Position numbers and translations under genes: made by a program. This document shows positions 1 through 10,184 of a stretch of DNA of 64,000 nucleotides, piece after piece. The notes beneath the pieces are model-generated. The model saw only the letters and a list, made by a program, of their open reading frames with translations. It did no database searches and had not been told where the DNA came from. Where the stretch lies: IMG/VR virus record IMGVR_UViG_3300045988_066443, one strand, 5' to 3'. Source of the stretch: a virus. Positions within the stretch are counted from its first letter, which is position 1. Each line of letters begins with the position of its first letter.

Positions 1-120
1 TATTCCATCTCCAGAAATCATTGCAGGTATCTGCATAAATATTACCAGATTGCTCTGAAATACTTTCCTTCTTACTACTTTTCCCTCTTGTAACTTAGAC
101 AATATTTCTCCGAATTTCAT
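1..120 (-). CDS. hypothetical protein, partial (ATG at 118-120; runs off the left window edge)
   Basis: minus-strand ATG overlaps the sigma gene stop (TAATG); translation MKFGEILSKLQEGKVVRRKVF... continues to position 1. Confidence 0.3.
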   Translation of the reverse strand, partial: MKFGEILSKLQEGKVVRRKVFQSNLVIFMQIPAMISGDGI

Positions 121-965
121 TACATTAAATTTTTAAGTTGATTAGAAAATCTACGTCTTAATTTAGCTAAAGCTCCCTCTTTCATCTGTCTTATTCTTTC
201 TCCTCCAACACCGTACATATCAGCTATAATTTTAGGATTGACAGGAGCCATTCCTATACCAAATAACATACAGATTAAATCGTGCTCTCTAATTGTTAAT
301 TTAGAAAGTAGATTCTCTAGCTCTTTAGTTACATAGCTTTTATTTACTTGTTCATCAAGGGGGTCTTCACCATCTGGAATAATATCACAGACTTGACTGT
401 TTTCTTCATCTCCTCCTATGAAATCGTCCACAGAAACTAACTTATTAGAAAACTGTGCTAGATAGTCAATTTGCTCCCTAGGAATATCAGTCATTTCTGA
501 TATTTCTTCGGAACTTGGATTTCTATCATGCGATTGCAAGAATTTATTAGTTGCATCGAGTATACTTATTACCAATAATTGCTGAGACATTGGAAGACGA
601 ATTTCTCGTGCTTGCCAATATATAGAATTATAGATACTTTGTCTAATCCACCATACAGCATATGACAAGAATGTCACTCCTCTTTCTGGGTCAAACTTAT
701 CAATAGCTTTCATTAATCCTTCATTTCCACTAGAGATTAAATCCATTAAAGGGATACCTCTATTCTGAAATTGCTTGGCGATAGTCACAACAAACCTAAG
801 ATTTGATTTTATGACTTGTTCTCTAGCAACATCATCTCCTTTTTGAGCCTCACAAATGAGACGAGTTACCTCAGTACTATCTAAGATCTTATATTTAGAT
901 ATATCCCTGAGATAACTCGTCAACAGTGAGTCAGAACGGTCTGTGAAAATGATTTTTTTACTCAC
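120..965 (-). CDS. sigma-70 family RNA polymerase sigma factor (GTG start)
   Basis: 281 aa; region-2-like DLISSGNEGLMKAIDKFDPERGVTFLSYAVWWIRQSI; C-terminal region-4 HTH MYGVGGERIRQMKEGALAKL; TAA stop. Confidence 0.75.
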   Translation of the reverse strand: MSKKIIFTDRSDSLLTSYLRDISKYKILDSTEVTRLICEAQKGDDVAREQVIKSNLRFVVTIAKQFQNRGIPLMDLISSGNEGLMKAIDKFDPERGVTFLSYAVWWIRQSIYNSIYWQAREIRLPMSQQLLVISILDATNKFLQSHDRNPSSEEISEMTDIPREQIDYLAQFSNKLVSVDDFIGGDEENSQVCDIIPDGEDPLDEQVNKSYVTKELENLLSKLTIREHDLICMLFGIGMAPVNPKIIADMYGVGGERIRQMKEGALAKLRRRFSNQLKNLM

Positions 966-1200
966 CTTCTTTTACAACCTGGGCTTCTGAAATTTCATCT
1001 TTAGGAGCATTAAGACCAATACGAATAGATAGTACTGATATATATGCTTCCATTGCTTTTAGTTGGGCGACTAGTAAGTCTTTATTAAGGTTGTCAACCT
1101 CCTTGAACTTATCCCCTAGGATAAAATCTCTGAGCTTAACAGCACGTTCATTAACTTCGTTAAATTCTCCCAACATTCTTTGAAATACAGCTTGTTCCAT
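958..1200 (-). CDS. hypothetical protein (80 aa)
   Basis: ORF overlaps the sigma gene start by 8 nt, as in translational coupling. Confidence 0.4.
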   Translation of the reverse strand: MEQAVFQRMLGEFNEVNERAVKLRDFILGDKFKEVDNLNKDLLVAQLKAMEAYISVLSIRIGLNAPKDEISEAQVVKEGE

Positions 1201-1338
1201 TTGATTAATTTTTAATATTTACAAATGAATCTAGACCCGTAGGTTTCAAGGAAGTCCTTTTCTTCCTGTATTATCTCATAAATTCCAACTGTTACTAATG
1301 ACAATACTAATCCTCCAAATATATAGACCAGAATAGTA

Positions 1339-2034
1339 TTAAATATCCAAATATAAAGGTTCATAATTAATATCGTAAGAGTCATCGAGAATAGATACAT
1401 TGGCGGTCTTTGTCTCGCCTGCATCTAGTAGCCAATGATTTCCTTCGTGGATATGTCCACAAAAAGCATACTTTGGTTTCTTATCTATAATAGCCTTAGC
1501 CAAGACCTCATTTCCTGCATTTATAGGAGTAGAACTCCACCTACCAGGCGGAATCATACCACAATCATTTAATGCGGGAGCATCATGACTAATCAATATA
1601 TCGCAATTTCCTGGGATATGTGAATAGATTTCTTCCAGTTTCTCATCAGAATACATGAAAGCCCAATTACCAAATTCATGGCAGGCCGGAGTTCCATAAA
1701 TTCTATATACCTTTCCTTCATCACTTAGATAGTCTAGATGAGAATTATCAAGAAATTCAGCTTTTCCTTCTGTAGGAAATTTAATCACAGAGTTATTCCA
1801 AAGAAAATCCCTATTTTCAAAAACAAAATCATGGTTTCCAGCTGTAAATACTACCTTCTTACACGGCAATGATTTAATCCAATCTGCAAATACAGTCTTC
1901 AACCACTTCTCACACTGTGGCTTGTTTCTCTGCATATAAAGAGGAACAATATCTCCACATATTAAAACAAGTTCACATGGCTCTATATAATCAATTAGAA
2001 ATCCATGTAAATCACTTATTGCACATATTTTCAT
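1339..2034 (-). CDS. calcineurin-like metallophosphoesterase
   Basis: motifs MKICAISDLHG, LICGDIV, TAGNHD, GHIHE. Confidence 0.7.
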   Translation of the reverse strand: MKICAISDLHGFLIDYIEPCELVLICGDIVPLYMQRNKPQCEKWLKTVFADWIKSLPCKKVVFTAGNHDFVFENRDFLWNNSVIKFPTEGKAEFLDNSHLDYLSDEGKVYRIYGTPACHEFGNWAFMYSDEKLEEIYSHIPGNCDILISHDAPALNDCGMIPPGRWSSTPINAGNEVLAKAIIDKKPKYAFCGHIHEGNHWLLDAGETKTANVSILDDSYDINYEPLYLDI

Positions 2035-2327
2035 ATCTTATGAGCTAATCCGTAAACATTTTTAGTCCATCCATTCATATGCCCTTTGTTATTTCCAATA
2101 AGGCATCCTTTGTTTGAGTCTATCGCGTATACTTTATGAGTAACGCAAGCGCCTCTAACTTTACAAAATACTACATCTCCAACATTACATTCTTGCCACC
2201 TTATAGGAGTGACAAGATGCTTTTCATTGCTCTTATACAGAGGGAGCATTGAATTTCCCGGCTCGCTTGTTATAAACGATTCACCAGCCTCCAATCTCTG
2301 TATCTTTCTCAGTGTGTTTGGATTCAT
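2031..2327 (-). CDS. hypothetical protein (98 aa)
   Basis: ORF; ATGA overlap with upstream gene. Confidence 0.4.
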   Translation of the reverse strand: MNPNTLRKIQRLEAGESFITSEPGNSMLPLYKSNEKHLVTPIRWQECNVGDVVFCKVRGACVTHKVYAIDSNKGCLIGNNKGHMNGWTKNVYGLAHKI

Positions 2328-2880
2328 CAGAATATTTATTTAGTCCTTCTCTAGTCATATTAGGTACTATACTAATATAAACCTTTTCACCATCACGGTC
2401 ATACGACCATATATGATTGTCTACTACATAGCTTAGAGATTTATCATATCTAGTATAGTCTAGAATAGCTTCCCAAGTAGCCATGCTGCCAGTAATACTA
2501 TCCTTTTTATGTTTAGTAGCCCAGTTAAATATCCATAATAAATGCCAAGTTCTGAAAAATGTTATACAAATCATCGGGTCCCATTCGTGTCTGGGACTGT
2601 CCCATTTATCCTTCCATCCTAATGCATGAAATCCTATATCTATCACCGGACTATAGTAGTCTCTTCTTATGGGAAGTCCAAATGTCCAAAAGTTCTTTCT
2701 AAATAGAAAGTGGGCCTTGGGGCGTTTAAAGTATTTTCTGGCTTTCCACCAGTGATACCATGGATTACGATACTCGTTCCAGCCAGGAGAAAGGAAAGGA
2801 ATTTTACTATGAAAAAAGTACGACAGCTTGTAACGCAAACTGCCATACTTTTTACTAGTTAAGTACTCTTTAACATTCAT
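2281..2880 (-). CDS. hypothetical protein (199 aa, Trp/aromatic-rich)
   Basis: long ORF, no recognised motif. Confidence 0.4.
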   Translation of the reverse strand: MNVKEYLTSKKYGSLRYKLSYFFHSKIPFLSPGWNEYRNPWYHWWKARKYFKRPKAHFLFRKNFWTFGLPIRRDYYSPVIDIGFHALGWKDKWDSPRHEWDPMICITFFRTWHLLWIFNWATKHKKDSITGSMATWEAILDYTRYDKSLSYVVDNHIWSYDRDGEKVYISIVPNMTREGLNKYSDESKHTEKDTEIGGW

Positions 2881-3133
2881 ATCCTTGTTTTACTAGCTCT
2901 TTCTCCATTTCGTCTAAAATATCATCAATGACATAGTCAGTTAGACAATCAGAGTCAGGAAAGCCTAAGTTCCGCAGATGATAATCTATATTATCTCCCG
3001 CTTCATTAAGTATCATCCAGCCTTCAACTTCTCCCTCTTCATCTTCCTTAAGTGTTTTCACCACTTGGTCGATTAACTTAGGGATATTCACATCGTAGTT
3101 CTTAACTACCTCTACATTATAACTTATTATCAT
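2870..3133 (-). CDS. hypothetical acidic protein (87 aa)
   Basis: ORF. Confidence 0.35.
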   Translation of the reverse strand: MIISYNVEVVKNYDVNIPKLIDQVVKTLKEDEEGEVEGWMILNEAGDNIDYHLRNLGFPDSDCLTDYVIDDILDEMEKELVKQGYEC

Positions 3134-4497
3134 GCTTCGTCTTCAATATTAGTTTCACCTTTGTCAAGTTCCTTTCCTTCCTTATCTAGGAATTTAAAAC
3201 ATTTAAGCTTAAATGCCTCAGATTTCATATTCTCAATCTTAATAACTATTCCCTCATGAGGTACTTTGTTATCGCAAGATGGCGAAGTTCGCTCCATATA
3301 GAATCTAGCGTCGTTAGCTAATTTCTCCATGAAATTTTCGTTCCAGTGCTCAGCTTCGTTAAGTTCTGGATATAAGCTATTGGCAGTACCATAATACCAC
3401 TCTTCTACTGGGATAAGACCTACCTTAGCGCACCATTGTTGAACTTCCCTAGCACTAAATTCGTGAACTACACCGTCAACATTAGTTAATGTTACACGAT
3501 ATATTCGCACTTTAAAGTGCTTTTCGTGAGTATACCATTCTCCTTCTTTAGGAGGCATACAGCCATAGTCATAATTCTTTTGGATATAGCCACCATTAGG
3601 TAAGAAACCAACGATTTCATAATATGCAGTCATACCTTTAGACAAGCAAGGTTTAACTATTTTATCAGCTTCCGCCCAAACGTCACACCCGTAGAATCCA
3701 GGAGTAACATTCTTATTATAGAACTGATTCTTTATTACCGTTCTAGAAGCATACAAATAGTCATACTTATTGAACTCTTCTCCAGTAAGCCATTTAGCGA
3801 TTTTCTGTTTCCAGTTCAGATCTTGTTTACAAAGCACATAAGCTGATATACCAGAAGTTCCGTGAATTTTCTCAGTAATACTGATTAAATCATTTGGATG
3901 AATTACATTAGGACATTTCTTAATAAGAGTTGTGTCGTAGTGGAATCTAAATTGTTCATCAATGACCTTGCTGATTCCTTTGACCTTCTTCGTTTGGTTG
4001 TTACGTGGTGTGCCACCTTGTCCTTGCTGTCTCTTAGGGATGTACTTCTTGTTAATCCAAAATTCTTTGCCTTCATGTTCTACAATATCAAATTCAGTTC
4101 CTACTTCAATTTCTATCTCTTTATTAGTTACGGACATTATGTAGTTTTGGAACTGTATAATGGGCATAATAAAACCTTCCGACAGTTCATTTTTAAGTCT
4201 AATAGCTTTGACTCTACCATTGTCTTCAAACATACCAGTTTGTTCTGGGTCGTTGTTCAACTCCTTATGTCTGTACAAGTTGCAATACCTTAGAAAATCA
4301 GGATTAATGCAACAAGCAGTTGGGAAATAAACATACAATCCTGGCTGGGAATCAATGCCAGTAATGATGTTAAATCCATCAATAGTGCAGCACTTAAGTC
4401 TAGTTACTTCTGGGTTACTGTGTTGTCTAAAATTCTTAATTTCTACAATCTTTGCCAAATAATTGACATTGGCTTTCTTACTTTTTGATAACTTCAT
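3130..4497 (-). CDS. RNA ligase, Rnl2-like nucleotidyltransferase
   Basis: 455 aa; motif I ITEKIHGTSG (KxHGT lysine adenylyltransferase motif as in T4 Rnl2). Confidence 0.55.
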   Translation of the reverse strand: MKLSKSKKANVNYLAKIVEIKNFRQHSNPEVTRLKCCTIDGFNIITGIDSQPGLYVYFPTACCINPDFLRYCNLYRHKELNNDPEQTGMFEDNGRVKAIRLKNELSEGFIMPIIQFQNYIMSVTNKEIEIEVGTEFDIVEHEGKEFWINKKYIPKRQQGQGGTPRNNQTKKVKGISKVIDEQFRFHYDTTLIKKCPNVIHPNDLISITEKIHGTSGISAYVLCKQDLNWKQKIAKWLTGEEFNKYDYLYASRTVIKNQFYNKNVTPGFYGCDVWAEADKIVKPCLSKGMTAYYEIVGFLPNGGYIQKNYDYGCMPPKEGEWYTHEKHFKVRIYRVTLTNVDGVVHEFSAREVQQWCAKVGLIPVEEWYYGTANSLYPELNEAEHWNENFMEKLANDARFYMERTSPSCDNKVPHEGIVIKIENMKSEAFKLKCFKFLDKEGKELDKGETNIEDEA

Positions 4498-4508
4498 TTC
4501 TTATATTT

Positions 4509-4835
4509 TTAAAATGGTTCTTCAGTAGTTTCTATAAATTCACACATAAAGTTAGCATATACTTGAGCCTGAATCTCATTAAATTCATTATTGTAATAGA
4601 ACTGGAAAACATGAAACAGCTCATGATAAAATGTATTCCTAAGCTGTTCATCACTCATAGAGACGTTTCCTTCATATTCAGACTTTACTGTTCTCGCTAA
4701 TTTAATAGTGTTAGTAGCATCACAAAAATAACCGTAATCGTTATTTGGAAGAGAATCTTCTATGATTACGGTTATTTCTTGATTAGCTATTTTAAACTTG
4801 TCTGGGAGCTTTCCTCCATTATTCAATTTCATCAT
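4509..4835 (-). CDS. hypothetical protein with HExxH motif (possible minimal metallopeptidase)
   Basis: 108 aa; FYHELFHVFQ. Confidence 0.35.
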   Translation of the reverse strand: MMKLNNGGKLPDKFKIANQEITVIIEDSLPNNDYGYFCDATNTIKLARTVKSEYEGNVSMSDEQLRNTFYHELFHVFQFYYNNEFNEIQAQVYANFMCEFIETTEEPF

Positions 4836-5310
4836 AATACAGTTTGTACAGACTATTTAAATAATCCACAAACTCCTGTTTGTTTTCAAAAAGATTATCT
4901 ACATCAGGAAGCTCTACCTTATTCTTTCTTCCATCGTTGTCATAATATTCTATACGTATCTGAGATACGCTATGGCACATGATATCACACATTCCAGCGA
5001 ATATCAGAATATCATTTTCAGATAGATACTCCGACAACCAAGGAAAATCTTTGTTTTCATCTACATGGTGCCCATATCCTGCAGAGTTCCATCCTTTCTC
5101 AGAAAATCTTCCGGAATACTTACTAACATATGATAAAACCAATAGGAGAAGCTCGTCTTCTTCAAACGATTCTTTATCAAATTCAATAGTATCTCTCATG
5201 TAATCACCGTCGTTTGCGTCACATTCTACATAGACTACGTACAGTTCTCTATTATTTGGAACGATAGAATATTTAGCTTTCTTTAGAATATCAAATTTTT
5301 CGTATTTCAT
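4819..5310 (-). CDS. hypothetical protein (163 aa)
   Basis: ORF. Confidence 0.4.
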   Translation of the reverse strand: MKYEKFDILKKAKYSIVPNNRELYVVYVECDANDGDYMRDTIEFDKESFEEDELLLLVLSYVSKYSGRFSEKGWNSAGYGHHVDENKDFPWLSEYLSENDILIFAGMCDIMCHSVSQIRIEYYDNDGRKNKVELPDVDNLFENKQEFVDYLNSLYKLYYDEIE

Positions 5311-5525
5311 CGTGTATCAAGTACAATAAAATTATCACACATTTTTATAACATTTACTTTAAGCCCTCCTTTCAAGGCGCGAGTATCACACACTTCATAT
5401 TTCTCTTCAAGAAGGGCTGCATTCTCTTTGGTTATCTTTACCCAATAAACCCCGTTTTTCTGCTTAGAGCCATTCCAGATTAGATGATTAACTAGCCAAA
5501 TATAGCGTTTTTCTACATCACCCAT
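5307..5525 (-). CDS. hypothetical protein (72 aa)
   Basis: ORF, start/stop overlap with neighbours. Confidence 0.3.
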   Translation of the reverse strand: MGDVEKRYIWLVNHLIWNGSKQKNGVYWVKITKENAALLEEKYEVCDTRALKGGLKVNVIKMCDNFIVLDTR

Positions 5526-5528
5526 TTT

Positions 5529-5723
5529 TCAAAGAAGTTTTTTCAATGTCTCATATAGCGGTCTAAGCTCATCTGCATAATACTCCAACTCTAGACCTTC
5601 TATGTACGAGGCTGTATGATACACAAAATTTTCCGTATCCTGTTTCAGATAATTCCACATATCTTCGATGTCAGACTGCATTAGTTCAACGCTGTCATCG
5701 TCTAATCGAATACTTAAATACAT
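5529..5723 (-). CDS. hypothetical protein (64 aa)
   Basis: ORF. Confidence 0.3.
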   Translation of the reverse strand: MYLSIRLDDDSVELMQSDIEDMWNYLKQDTENFVYHTASYIEGLELEYYADELRPLYETLKKLL

Positions 5724-5725
5724 AA

Positions 5726-6364
5726 TTAATAATTTATTATAGAATTATAGATTTTATCTGCTTCTTCCTTAAACTTAGCAACTATATCATTAGAATTAGA
5801 GAACTCCTCAAACCATATACGTCCATATGGTAATTCACTAACAGCCATAGAAGCAACTTCTGTTCCATCTATCCAGTTCTTGAAATACACACTACCTATC
5901 TCTATACCTTTATAAGTAATACGTCTAAGCTTAGATATTTCGGATATACCCTTAGATTCCTTATATAATACTTGTAAGTCACTCCTATCCTGTTCAGAAG
6001 CTTCACTGAGCTTTCCTATTTTACTCAGGATAGCTGATATTTTGTTTTCTGCCACAGCATCTTTGTAGTATCTTACCATATACGCATTTTCAAATCTAGG
6101 AGCCTCCTCTACATTCTGTATAGGTATTTCTGAGTTTTCTATAAAAACATCGTCTAGGTAAGATAGATAAACATTACAAAGCAGTTTAGAATCCTCGATT
6201 TCTGAAGGACAAAGAAAAACATAAGCTTTAGTCTCACCTTCTTCAATCTTGTGAGATATATTCATAAAGCCTATCTCATAGATACGGCATTCGTCGGGAA
6301 CTTCTAACTCTAGGTTAGAAAAGTTCCCATCGTAGTAATATTGCCTATACTTAATCTTCTTCAT
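5726..6364 (-). CDS. hypothetical protein (212 aa)
   Basis: ORF. Confidence 0.4.
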   Translation of the reverse strand: MKKIKYRQYYYDGNFSNLELEVPDECRIYEIGFMNISHKIEEGETKAYVFLCPSEIEDSKLLCNVYLSYLDDVFIENSEIPIQNVEEAPRFENAYMVRYYKDAVAENKISAILSKIGKLSEASEQDRSDLQVLYKESKGISEISKLRRITYKGIEIGSVYFKNWIDGTEVASMAVSELPYGRIWFEEFSNSNDIVAKFKEEADKIYNSIINY

Positions 6365-6551
6365 AAAAATTGATTTTAAAAGTATTTCCAGCTATATAGT
6401 ATTTGCCTTGATGATAGCAGTTGTCCCACTTATCATGTACTTCTAACTCTAGAGACTTTGGAAGATACAGCTCGTGTGATTGCCCGAATCTATTTGAGCT
6501 GTTGCCAACTATATTAGCGATAACTAAAATAATTATATCTTCAGCGCTCAT
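6351..6551 (-). CDS. hypothetical protein (66 aa)
   Basis: ORF. Confidence 0.3.
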   Translation of the reverse strand: MSAEDIIILVIANIVGNSSNRFGQSHELYLPKSLELEVHDKWDNCYHQGKYYIAGNTFKINFYEED

Positions 6552-6786
6552 TCTTTAATCGCCTCCATTCTTCCAAAAATCCTTTCGGGTAACGCCAGTC
6601 TGATTCGCAAGTATATACTCTAGAGAACTTGATATGTTTGCGAAGTGTACCACACAATGTGTCGTTAACTTCATCAAATAACTCATCTTCATCCTCACAG
6701 TATAGATAGTCACTAGGCTGCAGTTCGAATACTCCTTCACTAAGACCAGATATAACAAGCGACACATCAAATTTGTACTTACTCAT
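6541..6786 (-). CDS. hypothetical protein (81 aa)
   Basis: ORF; the alternative 6555..6770 frame is judged spurious. Confidence 0.35.
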   Translation of the reverse strand: MSKYKFDVSLVISGLSEGVFELQPSDYLYCEDEDELFDEVNDTLCGTLRKHIKFSRVYTCESDWRYPKGFLEEWRRLKNER

Positions 6787-7978
6787 AATCGCGAATACAT
6801 TTTAGTACAGGTTGCAATGGAGTACCTTCATCAGACAGATAGAAATACTTAACAGTAGCCATCTTTCCTATCAGCTCCTTAAGTCTTTCCCTATATTGTT
6901 GTTTAAGTTCTCTAGAACCCATTGGTTTAGCTTTAAATTCTATACCATCTTCTGTTATTAGCGTAAAACACATATCTTCTTCCCGAAGACCTTCTGATAA
7001 ACCAGTAATTTCAAACTCTGCATCTTTGTAGAATTTAAATTTTAGCATATCATTAGTACGCTTGCCGAAGCCATACTCTTTATCTGGATTTCTACATACT
7101 ACTCCTTCCCAACCTTCTGAAACATATTGGTTGTGCAGTTTCATAATATTCTCGTACCCAGAGACCTTTTCCTGCGGGACTATTTGCAATTGTAACTCAC
7201 CCTCTTCCCAATCTTTATCTGGATTAAATCCAAGATTAAGTTCTTTCTGAAGCTGCTTAAGAATTTCAAGCCTATCAGAGAACTTCATACTAGGAATCAT
7301 TATATCGTAAACATAATATTCAAGCCAGTCGCAGTCAACTGCGTTTTTCTCAAGACGAGCTGCTCCACTGATTTGTTGGAGACTTTTACCATGTCTATAC
7401 AACTCTCCATCAAGAATGTAAGTGGGATGATTCCTGAAGAACTCAAGCAATCTCTCATTGTTTCGGATATGGCTTGTTGAATAGTCATAATTTCCCCCAC
7501 CTCTGGAAGCAGATAGAATCTCACCGTCCTTATAGTAGAAGGAACACCTAACTCCATCAATTTTTCTGCTAGCATACCAATACTTAACCTTATTGATTGA
7601 GGATTCCTTAACTTTATCTGCAGATTTTGCAAGCATGTGCTTTGCAAATCCATTCTGGTCGGTTTTAATGTCTCCATAAAATTCTTCCAATTGAGTTTCG
7701 CTATAAGTTTCGGGATCGTTCTCTAGCTCCTTGTAACCCTTATCTAAATATTTCTTAAGCTCAGACTTAAACTGCAACTCAAGTTGTTCTCTATGCGTTC
7801 TACCAGCTTTTCCTTTAGTAATGACTATTTCTGGTTGCTCTGTCATCTTTCCATGTAGCTGTCCTGTAACTCTATTAATTACAAATCCAGCTTTTTCTTC
7901 ATCCCACTGTTCTGTAGTAGATAAATATACAACTCTAAATTTGCCAGTTGAGGCTTTGCTTAACAAATATTTAATCAT
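6779..7978 (-). CDS. ATP-dependent DNA ligase
   Basis: 399 aa; motif I YASRKIDGVRCSF (KxDGxR). Confidence 0.75.
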   Translation of the reverse strand: MIKYLLSKASTGKFRVVYLSTTEQWDEEKAGFVINRVTGQLHGKMTEQPEIVITKGKAGRTHREQLELQFKSELKKYLDKGYKELENDPETYSETQLEEFYGDIKTDQNGFAKHMLAKSADKVKESSINKVKYWYASRKIDGVRCSFYYKDGEILSASRGGGNYDYSTSHIRNNERLLEFFRNHPTYILDGELYRHGKSLQQISGAARLEKNAVDCDWLEYYVYDIMIPSMKFSDRLEILKQLQKELNLGFNPDKDWEEGELQLQIVPQEKVSGYENIMKLHNQYVSEGWEGVVCRNPDKEYGFGKRTNDMLKFKFYKDAEFEITGLSEGLREEDMCFTLITEDGIEFKAKPMGSRELKQQYRERLKELIGKMATVKYFYLSDEGTPLQPVLKCIRDYE

Positions 7979-8192
7979 GAATAGTTACCTTATAATCATC
8001 ATAGTCTAATACATCATCTAGTCCACTGTAGTCATATTCATTCTCGATTAAGGTTTTCAAAAGCTCTTCATCGCTAACGAACTCTTCCTCTATATATTTC
8101 TTTAGCCATTCTTCCTGTAAATCTTCTCCTAATACAATATTTTTGTGTACTGTAATAGTGACTACTTTCTTTTTAAGTTCTTCTAGTGTCAT
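7971..8192 (-). CDS. hypothetical acidic protein (73 aa)
   Basis: ORF. Confidence 0.3.
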   Translation of the reverse strand: MTLEELKKKVVTITVHKNIVLGEDLQEEWLKKYIEEEFVSDEELLKTLIENEYDYSGLDDVLDYDDYKVTIHD

Positions 8193-8557
8193 TTCTGATA
8201 GTCCTTAACTAAGTTCCACAAATCATCTATAGTATCAGTAGGAATTATATTTCCGTCTTCATCATAAGCTTCATTAGGAAGACTATTTTTGAATAGTCCA
8301 GGCTTCTCAAATAACCACCAATTAACCCAGTCCACTCCTTCATCAGAGAACAATTCCGGAAGTACCGTATTTAAGAATCCCCAACCTAGTTCGGATATAG
8401 GAAGTTCAAACAAATCAATTCCAAAATCAGACCATCTATCCAATTCCTTAGAATAGTTCTGAGCATTTTCAATAAGCTTTACAAATCCTTCTTTAGTCAT
8501 AGTAGTAATTATTTTAATATTCTTTTTGTAATATCTGTCTTCCAACCGCAATCGCAC
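8189..8557 (-). CDS. hypothetical protein (122 aa)
   Basis: ORF. Confidence 0.35.
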   Translation of the reverse strand: MRLRLEDRYYKKNIKIITTMTKEGFVKLIENAQNYSKELDRWSDFGIDLFELPISELGWGFLNTVLPELFSDEGVDWVNWWLFEKPGLFKNSLPNEAYDEDGNIIPTDTIDDLWNLVKDYQK

Positions 8558-8829
8558 TCCTCGGCTGCTATCTTAAATGATTCCTCTAGGTCTCCACTTT
8601 CCATATACTCTGCAATTAATATATCAGTGTCTACATCGTATTTATCAACAATTCTTTCAGTGACTATTTTAACTGCAACACCTTCGAGTTCGTCATAGAT
8701 AACATCTTCCAACTTACTCATTAATTCATCCCATTCATCACTTAGTTTAGCTGTGGTAGACTTGCTGTCTTCTTCTCTCATAGCTTCTTCGAGTTCTAAT
8801 ATTTTAGACCTCAATTCCCCTTTAGTCAT
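8509..8829 (-). CDS. hypothetical protein (106 aa)
   Basis: ORF. Confidence 0.35.
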   Translation of the reverse strand: MTKGELRSKILELEEAMREEDSKSTTAKLSDEWDELMSKLEDVIYDELEGVAVKIVTERIVDKYDVDTDILIAEYMESGDLEESFKIAAEECDCGWKTDITKRILK

Positions 8830-9071
8830 GGTACTTTTAATACATTTTTAACAACAATTTCCTTTTTCATCTTACCAAATTGCTTCTCGATTTCTTCTGG
8901 AATATTCACTCGTATATCCATTAGAGAAGTTAGATACTTGACTTTGTCTCTTATATCATCAATAAAGTGATAATTAGTTTTGATTTGATTACTAATGTCC
9001 TCAACTCTCCGCATGAGACAAAGTATTAGGGCTAAATTACATAACCCCAATACCATTAATATCCATATCAT
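8826..9071 (-). CDS. small membrane protein (81 aa)
   Basis: N-terminal hydrophobic [20 protein letters not shown]. Confidence 0.35.
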   Translation of the reverse strand: MIWILMVLGLCNLALILCLMRRVEDISNQIKTNYHFIDDIRDKVKYLTSLMDIRVNIPEEIEKQFGKMKKEIVVKNVLKVP

Positions 9072-9649
9072 ACTCCGGTATGTCCAAATCCCCCTTCTCC
9101 TCGTTCAGTGGAAGGTAATTCTTCAACAACTTCCCATTCTATAGTTTCATGCTTAGCAATAACTATTTGGGCAATTCTTTCTCCATCAGTAATTCTAACT
9201 GGGACATTAGAAGTGTTCACTAATACAACTCCAATCTCTCCTCTGTAGTCGGCGTCAATGGTTCCAGGTGAATTAAGGACAGTAAGTCCCAATTTTAATG
9301 CAAGACCGCTTCGTGGTCGAACTTGCGCCTCGTAACCCTTAGGTAAGGCTATAAACAATCCAGTCGGAATCAAACATCTACCTCCGGGCTTTATTTCAAT
9401 AGTAGAAGCAACGGGAATACTGGGAACTCTTCTATTAGTAGGATTTCCTTCCTTGTCTACCACAAATGGACCATTTGGATCTTCAATTTTACTAATAGCT
9501 ACAACATCAGCATCGAAAAAGAATTTTTCAGGCTTATTGTCTACTAACTTAATTCTACTAAAGTCTCCTCTAATATCCATACCTGCTGATAAGGGAGTTT
9601 CATACTGAGGAAGTTGATGTCTTGATTTATTAATTATGAGTACTTTCAT
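9068..9649 (-). CDS. dut: dUTPase / dCTP deaminase family protein
   Basis: motif [17 protein letters not shown] (dUTPase motif 3). Confidence 0.7.
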   Translation of the reverse strand: MKVLIINKSRHQLPQYETPLSAGMDIRGDFSRIKLVDNKPEKFFFDADVVAISKIEDPNGPFVVDKEGNPTNRRVPSIPVASTIEIKPGGRCLIPTGLFIALPKGYEAQVRPRSGLALKLGLTVLNSPGTIDADYRGEIGVVLVNTSNVPVRITDGERIAQIVIAKHETIEWEVVEELPSTERGEGGFGHTGV

Positions 9650-10184
9650 GTAATAAAATAAATTCAGTTAAATAAAATCTTGCATCTATAACACACTTAG
9701 GAACTAGTCCTTCTAGGCTTAAATTAGATCTTAGGGCATCTCTTACAACAGTAGCCGATATACCTTCTTCTACCTGTTCTCTTGCCATGAGAGTCATTGA
9801 TATATAACCCTTTAGCATAAACTTTGGAAACCATGTTGTAATAATTTCGTATCCATCGCTATAGTAGATATTAAAATGGGACTCTTTTATAATACTAACT
9901 ATGTTAGCATATAAATAGAATCCCCAATCCTGAGAGTTATCAGACTCATCAGTCAAATCATTAAGAGGCTGAATGATACATCTACTAAGTAAACCTTCGT
10001 CCTCTAAGGCAGTTTCTAGTAATTTTATCCTAACCTTTATAGGAATAGGATTACGCTTGTTTACTTTATCAGCACTACCAACTAACAAAAGAACCTTATC
10101 GTTCTCTGAACAAGCTTTTTTAATTAAAGCTAGGTGCCCATTGTGAATGGGCTGAAACCTAGCTAAAATAACTCCATATCTCAT
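9630..10184 (-). CDS. nicotinamide-nucleotide adenylyltransferase (NMNAT-like)
   Basis: N-terminal [14 protein letters not shown] (HxGH nucleotidyltransferase motif). Confidence 0.55.
   Translation of the reverse strand: MRYGVILARFQPIHNGHLALIKKACSENDKVLLLVGSADKVNKRNPIPIKVRIKLLETALEDEGLLSRCIIQPLNDLTDESDNSQDWGFYLYANIVSIIKESHFNIYYSDGYEIITTWFPKFMLKGYISMTLMAREQVEEGISATVVRDALRSNLSLEGLVPKCVIDARFYLTEFILLHESTHN

Noticed and set aside
1212-1424. 70-aa hydrophobic ORF
   Set aside because: Overlaps the 3' end of the metallophosphatase gene by 86 nt in another frame. It is probably spurious, though a tiny membrane protein cannot be excluded.
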